A stretch of 64,000 nt of DNA from Dehalococcoidia bacterium. Its GTDB lineage: Bacteria; Chloroflexota; Dehalococcoidia; Lucifugimonadales; SHYF01. The notes under the pieces were generated by a model. That model was not told the DNA's origin. It did no database searches and worked only from the letters and a program-made list of their open reading frames with translations. The stretch spans positions 383,133 through 447,132 of the forward strand of contig CBDFJM010000007.1 of NCBI GenBank assembly GCA_965248595.1. Direction: 5' to 3'. Below are positions 26,669 to 34,279 of this stretch, one piece after another (positions within the stretch are counted from its first letter, which is position 1; each line of letters begins with the position of its first letter). The position numbers and the translations under genes were made by a program.

Positions 26669-28024
26669 ATGTATATGTGGGACCTGACGGTGGCCCAAGC
26701 ATCCAGTATGATCTGCAGCGGCGAGCTTTCGCCGGTGACGCTGATGGAGTCGCTGCTGGAACGCATCCGCCGGCTGGAGCCGTCGCTAAAGGCGTGGGTC
26801 ACGCTCAATGAAGAGATGGCTCTGGCAACGGCCAGGAGTTCCCAAGCAGCACTCAAACGGGACGGCCCGCGAGGCCCCCTTCACGGGATACCTGTTGGCA
26901 TCAAAGACATCTACTACACCAAGGACATCCCAACCACCGCCTGCGCGCCCCAGTACGCCGACTTTGTCCCCACCTACGATGCAACCAGCATTGCGCGTCT
27001 CAAAGACGCAGGCGCCATCATCCTGGGCAAAACCGTCACCACCCAGTTCGCCGCCACGGACCCATCACCCACCTTCAACCCTTGGAATCCGGCCCACACG
27101 CCCGGCGGCTCGAGCAGCGGCTCGGCGGCGGCGGTGGCCAGCCGAATGTGCCCGGTAGCACTGGGGTCCCAGACCGTGGGTTCTACACTCCGGCCCGCCG
27201 CCTACAACGGCATCGTTGGCCTCAAGCCCACATACGGACGTGTAAGCAAATACGGCGTCATTCCGCTGGCCTGGTCCCTAGACACAGTGGGCATTCTGGC
27301 GCGCAGCGTCGAGGACGCAGCCATCCTGCTCCAGGTCATGGCAGGACACGACGAACAGGACCCAACCTCTTCTACTCTGCCCGTAGACGACTACCTGGAC
27401 GCGGTAGCTAAACCTCTGACACCGCCAAGGATCGGCCTGGTAAGAGAGTTCTTCTACGAACACGCCACGGAGGAGGTGCGACGGCACACCGACCAGGTGG
27501 TGGGCCGCCTTCATCAGGAAGGGGCAATCGTCCAGGAGGTGAAGCTACCCAAGAGCTTCCCACTCCACGAGGCGGCGCGGACCGTAGTGTTCGCCGTGGA
27601 GGCAGCCGCTTTCCACCAGCAGATGTTCGCTGAAGACCCTGACGCCTACGGCCCCCTGCTACGCCGCCTGCTAGAAACAGGTAGCCTCATTTCAGGGGTC
27701 AGCTACCTTCAGGCCCAGCGGGTGCGGCGGCAGTTCCGCGCTGACATGGAGGCGCTACTGGCAGACGTGGACGTCCTGCTCACGCCGGCCACGCCATCGC
27801 CAGCGCCCAGGGACCGCACCACCACGGGCGACCCCATCTTCCAGGGGCCTTGGACCTCCTGTGGCCTACCCTGCATTACCATACCTTCCGGGCTAAACAG
27901 CGATGGAATGCCGCTGGGAATTCAACTGGCAAGCGCCTCCTTTGCCGAGGCAAGGCTTCTGGCGACAGCGCAATGGTGCGAGAAGGCCTTGGGCGTAACG
28001 CTAATGCCTCCTGGGATGGAATAA
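26669..28024 (+). CDS. Amidase-signature family amidohydrolase (GatA/AtzE-like)
   Basis: 451-aa ORF with ..GIPVGIKDI.. (Lys) and ..GGSSSGSAAAVA.. (Ser-cisSer) signatures. The SD aagagg lies upstream. Confidence 0.85.
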   Translation: MYMWDLTVAQASSMICSGELSPVTLMESLLERIRRLEPSLKAWVTLNEEMALATARSSQAALKRDGPRGPLHGIPVGIKDIYYTKDIPTTACAPQYADFVPTYDATSIARLKDAGAIILGKTVTTQFAATDPSPTFNPWNPAHTPGGSSSGSAAAVASRMCPVALGSQTVGSTLRPAAYNGIVGLKPTYGRVSKYGVIPLAWSLDTVGILARSVEDAAILLQVMAGHDEQDPTSSTLPVDDYLDAVAKPLTPPRIGLVREFFYEHATEEVRRHTDQVVGRLHQEGAIVQEVKLPKSFPLHEAARTVVFAVEAAAFHQQMFAEDPDAYGPLLRRLLETGSLISGVSYLQAQRVRRQFRADMEALLADVDVLLTPATPSPAPRDRTTTGDPIFQGPWTSCGLPCITIPSGLNSDGMPLGIQLASASFAEARLLATAQWCEKALGVTLMPPGME

Positions 28025-28063
28025 GCTAGACAGACCACTAACGGTTTCCAGTAATTAATGGTG

Positions 28064-28085
28064 TATAAGGTGGTGGCGCTTCGGG
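28064..28085 (+). repeat. 22-bp direct repeat, copy 1 (downstream flank of ABC operon)
   Basis: tataaggtggtggcgcttcggg is identical to 30277-30298. Imperfect similarity extends to about 28058-28094 versus 30271-30307. Confidence 0.8.
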
Positions 28086-28148
28086 GCAGTAACCGCAGAA
28101 TTAACGCTTCCATCCCAACCCATTGCCCTTGCATAGAGGTCAACTTCT

Positions 28149-28853
28149 TCACGGGACCCCGCTAACGGCTAGCTGCTTCTCGTCGCCGATCACGCGCCCA
28201 TCCTTGAGGCGCACGATTCGATCAGTCTTTGCCGCCAGGTCTCCGTCATGGGTCACGATGACAAAGGTGACGCCATGTTCGCGGTTCATACGCTGCATGA
28301 GGACGGTAAGAGCCTCGCCTGTCTCTGTGTCCACTTCGCCTGTCGGTTCATCCCCCAGCACCAATGTTGGCTGATTGATGACGGCCCTGGCGATGGCCAC
28401 CCGCTGTTGCTCCCCGCCTGATAGCTCCGTAGGCAAGTGATGCCGGCGATTGGCCATGCCAACCTCCTCCAACAGGTTCTCAGCCCGACTCTTGGCCGCC
28501 CGCTTATCGCCACCGCTGTAGCGGATGGGCAGCAGCACATTATCGATCGCTGTGAGGGATGGCAGTAGGTTGAAGCCCTGGAAGATGAAGCCGATATTCC
28601 TGCTCCGAAACTCGGCCCGGCCACCGTCAGAAAGAGTCCATAAATCGACGCCATTGATGGAGATATGCCCAGCGGTTGGCCTCAGGAGGAGGCCCAGACA
28701 GTCCAGTAACGTGGTCTTGCCACTACCCGACCGGCCGACGACGGAGATGAATTCACCCCCCTGAATCGTCAGGCTGATGCCGTCTACGGCGCGCACCAAG
28801 CGCTCGCCTTTGCCGTAATGCTTCGTCAGGTCTAGTATTTCGATTTTTGTCAT
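28149..28853 (-). CDS. ABC transporter ATP-binding protein (MacB/LolD/FtsE-like)
   Basis: 234-aa ORF with Walker A GRSGSGKTT, signature LSGGEQQRV and Walker B LVLGDEPTG. Confidence 0.9.
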   Translation of the reverse strand: MTKIEILDLTKHYGKGERLVRAVDGISLTIQGGEFISVVGRSGSGKTTLLDCLGLLLRPTAGHISINGVDLWTLSDGGRAEFRSRNIGFIFQGFNLLPSLTAIDNVLLPIRYSGGDKRAAKSRAENLLEEVGMANRRHHLPTELSGGEQQRVAIARAVINQPTLVLGDEPTGEVDTETGEALTVLMQRMNREHGVTFVIVTHDGDLAAKTDRIVRLKDGRVIGDEKQLAVSGVP

Positions 28854-28879
28854 TGTTGCTCTTGTTGGTTGTGCTGTTG

Positions 28880-30079
28880 TTATTGTGTCCTCAGGGCCGT
28901 CACCGGATCGAGCCTAGCGGCTCTCAACGCCGGAATCACACCTGCGACAATGCCCAGTACAACCGCGAAGACAAGTGCGGTAATGGCCAGCGATGGGGTG
29001 AGCAGGAAGAGCTGCAGGTTTTGTTTATCAGTGGCGGAGTTGATGGACTCGGTAATGATCCAGCCGCAGAGCAAGCCGATTGAGCCGCCCAGAAACCCTA
29101 TGACCCCGGATTCGAACAAGAACTCTTGAAGAATGTGGTAGGTCTTCGCCCCGACCGCCTTCTTCAAGCCGATCTCTCGGTACCGTTCCGTGACGGACAT
29201 GAGCATCGTGTTGACGACAGAGAGCCCACCCACAATCAGCGCCAGTAGAGCCGACCCCAAGGTGATAGCGGAGAAGATGAGCGAGAACTGCTTGAACGAC
29301 CTTACCAGCTCCGAAGGGGAATTTGCCTTCACCCCTGAGACCTCAGCGTTTATCTTGGTAGCAAGATCATCCAGATCCACTCCAGGCTTGCCGTACACGT
29401 CGATGCCAGACACAAGAGATGTCGAGTCCACCTGGCCGCGGATAGCGGGCGGGAGAGAATCCCCCATGGCGCGCTGTGCATCGCGCAAAGTCATGATTGC
29501 AAAGCCGTCTGGCGCAGTAAGGGTCTTGTCCAGCACCCCAACTACGGTAAAGGTGTGGTTGATGAAGTCGGCACGCGGCTCCTTGGGCGCCACCGGCAGG
29601 TCCACGGTATCGCCGACGTTCTTCTTCAGCTCAGTAGCAAGATCGGATCCAATAACCACCTCGCCGTCGCGGAGATTGTCCAACCGCCCGGACTTCGCCG
29701 TAAGCTTGAACGTCGTGTACTGCTCTGCGCCGGGCTGATCGGAAACGATGCTTGGAGGCGGGCCGAAGTTAAAATCGCTGCTATCAGCCTTTGCAAGAGC
29801 GCTTGCACCGGGAAAGGCGGCGGCCACTCCTTCGATTCTGCCGACCTCGTCGACCTTGCTGAGATTAATCAGCCCGCCTCCGGAGAAGATTGAACTGTTG
29901 GAAGCGGTCACGGTGACGTGGCCGGAGAAGTATTGGACGCCTCCATCAATGAGCTTGTTGTTCTTTTCTGCCATGGCGCCCATAGTGGAAAACGCCAAGA
30001 TTCCGATGGCGATTCCACTGATGGTCAGGAAATTGCGCAGCTTGCGGCGCCTAAGGTTTCGCAGAATCTCCATGTTCAA
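28880..30079 (-). CDS. ABC transporter permease, FtsX/MacB-type
   Basis: 399-aa ORF with an N-terminal TM, a large periplasmic-type domain and a C-terminal FtsX-like 3-TM bundle. It lies 26 nt upstream of the ATPase gene. Confidence 0.85.
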   Translation of the reverse strand: MNMEILRNLRRRKLRNFLTISGIAIGILAFSTMGAMAEKNNKLIDGGVQYFSGHVTVTASNSSIFSGGGLINLSKVDEVGRIEGVAAAFPGASALAKADSSDFNFGPPPSIVSDQPGAEQYTTFKLTAKSGRLDNLRDGEVVIGSDLATELKKNVGDTVDLPVAPKEPRADFINHTFTVVGVLDKTLTAPDGFAIMTLRDAQRAMGDSLPPAIRGQVDSTSLVSGIDVYGKPGVDLDDLATKINAEVSGVKANSPSELVRSFKQFSLIFSAITLGSALLALIVGGLSVVNTMLMSVTERYREIGLKKAVGAKTYHILQEFLFESGVIGFLGGSIGLLCGWIITESINSATDKQNLQLFLLTPSLAITALVFAVVLGIVAGVIPALRAARLDPVTALRTQ

Positions 30080-30276
30080 TCACACTCTTGCCGCTGCCAA
30101 CTTACCTAATTCCGGGATTTCTCATTTCAACTTCCGAGGGAGGGGTTCTAGGCCTCTGTCCCAGTAGCCACCGATGATAGCCAGACCAATTATAGCTGTC
30201 AAGCACTTTTGCAGCACTCAAACAGACGACGGGCGTCCATCCTCGAGGCGAAGAGTGGGGCTTTTATTCTATGTTA

Positions 30277-30298
30277 TATAAGGTGGTGGCGCTTCGGG
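30277..30298 (+). repeat. 22-bp direct repeat, copy 2 (upstream flank of ABC operon / upstream of SDR gene)
   Basis: tataaggtggtggcgcttcggg is identical to 28064-28085 in the same orientation, 2213 bp apart. Confidence 0.8.
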
Positions 30299-30365
30299 CC
30301 AGGAACCTTTAGACTCTGTGCTGGCCTTATATGCCTACACCCACCCTATATATAGGAGGGACACC

Positions 30366-31139
30366 ATGGACCTGGGACTATCGGGCAAGGTAGCCCTAAT
30401 CACCGGGGGAAGCCGAGGACTGGGACGCCACGCCGCGCTGGCCCTGGCCGGAGAGGGGTGCAAGGTGTCCATCTGTGCCCGCGGTGACGAGGCCCTGGGC
30501 CAAACGGTGGCAGAGCTTGAAGAGCTAGGTATACAGGCCGTGGGAGTGCAGGCAGACGTAACCAACGAGGACGACATCTCTCGCCTGTTCCAGGAGACGG
30601 TAAATACCCTGGGTCCGGTGGACGTGCTGGTGAACAACGTAGGCGGCTCCAGGGGGCCGAACTTTGATGCCGCTGACGACGCAGCATGGGAGCACACCCT
30701 TCAGCTCAACCTCTTCTCCAGCATACGACTGAGCCGCCTCTGCCTGCCCTCAATGAAAGAGCGAGGCTGGGGGCGCATCATCAACATCTCGTCCATCTGG
30801 GGCCGGGAGCAAGGCGGCGGCCTCACCTATATGGCCGCCAAGGCGGCGCTCATCGCCTTCTCCAAGCACCTAGCCATAGAGGTGGCCAGCACGGGAGTCA
30901 CTGTCAACACCGTGGCACCGGGGTCCATAGCCTTCCCTGGCGGTAGCTGGCAGCGGTTCCAGGACACCAACCCGCCGGAGGTGGTGCGGGACTTCGTGAA
31001 AAACAACCTCCCCATGGGCAGGTTCGGTTGGCCGGAGCCTCTGGGAGCGCTGGTGGCCTTCCTGGCGTCGGCCCAGGCAGACCTGATGACCGGCACGTGC
31101 ATCAACATAGATGGTGGCCAGTCAAAGTCTTTGATTTAG
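30366..31139 (+). CDS. Short-chain dehydrogenase/reductase (FabG-like)
   Basis: The ATG at 30366 is preceded by AGGAGGG. It carries ..KVALITGGSRGLG.., the NNVG motif and a catalytic Y-x3-K (YMAAKAAL). The ORF track starts earlier, at 30318. Confidence 0.85.
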   Translation: MDLGLSGKVALITGGSRGLGRHAALALAGEGCKVSICARGDEALGQTVAELEELGIQAVGVQADVTNEDDISRLFQETVNTLGPVDVLVNNVGGSRGPNFDAADDAAWEHTLQLNLFSSIRLSRLCLPSMKERGWGRIINISSIWGREQGGGLTYMAAKAALIAFSKHLAIEVASTGVTVNTVAPGSIAFPGGSWQRFQDTNPPEVVRDFVKNNLPMGRFGWPEPLGALVAFLASAQADLMTGTCINIDGGQSKSLI

Positions 31140-31140
31140 C

Positions 31141-31205
31141 AGGGCGTGCCCCTTCGGCAAGCTCAGGGCAGGCTCTGCGCCGACGGTCTTCCTTCGTCGG
31201 TCACG
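31141..31205. repeat. Intergenic repeat, family B copy
   Basis: cccttcggcaagctcagggcaggctc (31150-31175) is followed by a small hairpin ccgacg..cgtcgg (31180-31200). It starts immediately after the SDR stop. Confidence 0.5.
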
Positions 31206-31251
31206 GCTTGCCCGTGCGGGCAGACACAATGCAGGCTGGAAGATTCACGGC

Positions 31252-31693
31252 TCAATCCCTGGGACTGAGGGTATCGGGAAGCATCGAGACCAGCAGCCGT
31301 TCCACCTTCTCCTGAATGGCATCCCGTATGGCACGTACCCCTTCCAGTTCCTTGTCCTTGGGGTCCGGCAACCCCCAGTCCTCTACATCCTTAATAAACA
31401 CCAATAAACACCGCTGGGCAGGCCTCGGCATCCACAGCGCATCCCATGGTGATGACCCTGCCCGCACGCTCTACCATATCGTTGGATAGGAGCTTGGGAG
31501 GTTCGTGGGACAGGTCAATACCCACCTCCCGCATCGCCGCGACTACGTTGGAGTGGACATGGTCTGCCGGCTCGGTCCCAGCGGACTCGGCATCCAGGGG
31601 AAGGCCCCGCTGCCAGGCAAGAGCATTGAACAGGGCATTGGCCATCTGGCTCCGGCCTGCGTTATGGACACAGACGAAAAGGACGTGCGACAT
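31252..31693 (-). pseudogene. arsC: Arsenate reductase / LMW protein-tyrosine-phosphatase family (ArsC, thioredoxin type), frameshifted by a 10-bp tandem duplication
   Basis: ORF 31391-31693 (MSHVLFVCVHNAGRSQMA.. with the CX5R P-loop) stops right after ..CPAVFIGVY*. ORF 31252-31467 continues as ..FIKDVEDWGLPDPKDKELEGVRAIRD... Deleting one copy of the duplicated 10-mer gives a 432-nt intact frame. Confidence 0.8.
31393..31412. repeat. Perfect 10-bp tandem duplication inside arsC
   Basis: aataaacacc (31393-31402) is immediately repeated at 31403-31412. Confidence 0.9.
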
Positions 31694-31802
31694 TGAGTGC
31701 CGTCTACATTACCAAGGATACGACTGAGTGGTACGTTCAGGAAACGGGGCGTCGAGGTTCAACCTGGCCGTCGCCGAACCGGCGACGATGCTCTCGCAGC
31801 GT

Positions 31803-32168
31803 TCAGTTGTCCATGATGACTGGAATGCCGGCGGCACGGGCCTTCTCCGCCGACCCCTCGTCAACGACGCCGTCCTGCATCCAGATGAACTTAGCGCCCA
31901 CTTCAATAGCCTCGTCCACCACCGGGGCCACTAGGTCTGAGCGCCGGAAGATGTCCACCATGTCGATGGGATCCGGTATCGACTTCAGGTCTGGATAGCT
32001 CTTCTCTCCCAGCACCTCGTCAACCATAGGATTGACGGGTATGATGTGATACCCCACGCTCTTGAGGTACCGGGCTACCCTGTTGCTGTCCCGCTCCGTA
32101 TTGGGAGACAGCCCCACTACGGCAATGGTATTGCTTTCTTTTAGCTGCCTTTCCACAATGTCTGCCAT
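31803..32168 (-). CDS. CoA-binding domain protein (YccU/YneT-like)
   Basis: 121-aa ORF. ..IAVVGLSPNTERDSNRVARYLKSVGYHIIPVNP.. is the CoA_binding_2 signature. Confidence 0.8.
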   Translation of the reverse strand: MADIVERQLKESNTIAVVGLSPNTERDSNRVARYLKSVGYHIIPVNPMVDEVLGEKSYPDLKSIPDPIDMVDIFRRSDLVAPVVDEAIEVGAKFIWMQDGVVDEGSAEKARAAGIPVIMDN

Positions 32169-32665
32169 GCTTACCTCCTACATCGTATCCACCATCGGAG
32201 GCCTTCGGGCCACGTCCAGCCAACCAGTGTAACGGAACCAAGCCCGGCGCATCCCTCCGCATCCTCCGAGCCATTCTACTGCCATGCCCCCAACTCCACA
32301 ACCAACTCAGGCCTGACCTGGCAAACGGGAATGGCTATCCCGTGGACGAAAACCGCAGGACATTGGAATGGCTGCAGACCTTCTATCTGAATGCAAGCCT
32401 TAGCCGCATTCCCGAATTTAGGAGACAGGCGTATCTACTTTCGCCACTGGACATGGGGATTTCCTCAAAACTCGTCGCCAAACCCCTATCATTCCCTAGC
32501 TAACCTGTGCATAATGGGGTGCGTAGCTTTGCCCGACAGCACCAAAAGGGTAACTATGACAGGATAAGGAGTGGTGCTGAGAGGATGACCCGTTGTCTCG
32601 TTTATACAACATGGGTGACACCAGCAGAGTGTCTCTAACCTATCATATTGGGCAAGCACATGCCC

Positions 32666-32694
32666 TTGACACCTGCGAAGTCCAATGCTAGGAT
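32666..32694 (+). promoter_or_regulatory. Candidate sigma70-type promoter of the surface-protein locus
   Basis: TTGACA (32666-32671), a 17-nt spacer, then TAGGAT (32689-32694). It lies about 95 nt upstream of the 32791 ATG, at the end of a ~620-bp non-coding stretch. Confidence 0.4.
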
Positions 32695-32790
32695 GCCAAC
32701 GGAGTTTGCGGATTCTTTCCGCCAGGAGTCTGTGTCTTTCTTTATAGCGCGTTTATTATCGTTTGACTGACCATTTGGAGGTGTCTTGCC

Positions 32791-34125
32791 ATGCTCTTGA
32801 CCAAGAGCCGTGTTTCTGTAGCAGCTATCGCACTAATCTCCCTCCTCCTCGCCTTCACCGTTTTTCAGGTGACGGAACGCGCTAGCGCCGACAACGCAAC
32901 GGGGGTCATCGTTCCCCCTGGTTCAGCAGCCAACCTGGCTTTCGCCATTGGGCCTTCAGGTGCAGCTCCTACAGTAGCCTTTGCCACCCAGCCGGTGGTT
33001 ATGATTCAGGATGCAGCAGGGAACACGGTAACATCTTCCACCGACGCCATCACCCTCGCCATTACCCCTCTGACTGGCACCGGCGGTGCTGCCCTGACAG
33101 TCCCCACGACGGTCAGCGCCGTGAGCGGCGTGGCCACCTTCGCCGGCCTCACCATTGATCTGGCTGGCACTGGTTACACATTGACGGCCACTAGTGGCAC
33201 CCTCACCGCAGCCATCAGCAGTCCTTTCAATGTGGTCGTTGCCCCTACCGCAGCAACCAAGCTTGTCATCGCCACCCAGCCATCAGGCGCAGTTCCAGGA
33301 GCACCCTTTACCACCCAGCCGGTGGTTGAAGTCCAGGATGCCACAGGAAACACGGTGACGGCTTCCACCGCCGCCGTCACCCTGGCCATTACCGCTGCCA
33401 CTGGCACGAGCGGCGCCGTCCTGGCGGGTACCACGACGGTCAGCGCCGTTAGCGGCGTCGCCACCTTCTCCGACCTATCCATCGATCTGGTTGGTGCTGG
33501 TTACACGTTGACGGCCACCAGCGGCGTCCTCACCTTAGCCACCAGCAGCGCCTTCGGCGTCGCCGGGTTCGGGGATACCACGGTCGGCAACGTAGTCGAT
33601 GCATGGGACTGGAACGCTCAAGGCACGGACATGACAGTTAACATCCTGTTGAACGCCGCTTGGGCCAACACAGTGTTCGGCATGGAAGTGTTCGTAAACC
33701 CAATTGCCAGCGAAGCGCCTGTACAGACGCAGTTCCTGGGCACTTTTGGGCCTTTCCCAACGGGACAGACCATGTGCTTCATATTCACCACGTCCAAGCA
33801 AGCCATCAAGTCAGCCGACACCCCGGTAGGAATTCACCTCCTAGGTAATGACCAGACGGTCTTGCTAGTTTCCCCCGCGCCTCTCAACACGGGCCTGCTC
33901 GCTGCGGGAGCCCAGTGTATTGAGGCAGAGTCTAGTGACCCAACTCCAACGCCAACGAGTTCATCCGCACCTGGGGCTACACCCACAGCCAAGCCGCCGG
34001 TAACAGGAGACTTCACGCCAGGCTCCGGAATGCTTACGGCACTCCTGCTGGCTGGCTTTGTGCTCATCACCGCTGGCGGCGCATATCTGCTTCAAACGCG
34101 CCCTTCCAGAGTAAGAAACTCGTAA
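32791..34125 (+). CDS. Cell-surface protein: signal peptide, two tandem ~105-aa Ig-like repeats, unique domain, PT linker, LPXTG-like (PPVTG) + TM + basic tail
   Basis: 444-aa ORF with signal ..FQVTERASA|DN. The two repeats (about 32929-33245 and 33253-33565) are highly similar even at the DNA level (..TVSAVSGVATF..L.IDL.G.GYTLTATSG.LT...SS.F.V). The C-terminus reads ..KPPVTGDFTPGSGMLTALLLAGFVLITAGGAYLLQTRPSRVRNS. Confidence 0.75.
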   Translation: MLLTKSRVSVAAIALISLLLAFTVFQVTERASADNATGVIVPPGSAANLAFAIGPSGAAPTVAFATQPVVMIQDAAGNTVTSSTDAITLAITPLTGTGGAALTVPTTVSAVSGVATFAGLTIDLAGTGYTLTATSGTLTAAISSPFNVVVAPTAATKLVIATQPSGAVPGAPFTTQPVVEVQDATGNTVTASTAAVTLAITAATGTSGAVLAGTTTVSAVSGVATFSDLSIDLVGAGYTLTATSGVLTLATSSAFGVAGFGDTTVGNVVDAWDWNAQGTDMTVNILLNAAWANTVFGMEVFVNPIASEAPVQTQFLGTFGPFPTGQTMCFIFTTSKQAIKSADTPVGIHLLGNDQTVLLVSPAPLNTGLLAAGAQCIEAESSDPTPTPTSSSAPGATPTAKPPVTGDFTPGSGMLTALLLAGFVLITAGGAYLLQTRPSRVRNS

Positions 34126-34279
34126 GCAATTCGTAAAGAAACGCCGGAAGGGAGCATTAGGTAGGTTCCAAGGCTTGACAGCTATAGTGCTGGGGCTGGT
34201 AGACTAGCGTCGTTAGGCTTCAGTGTAGGAATTCAGAGGGCAGATTCTGTACAATCCCAAGGCAGACGGCCACCACCCT

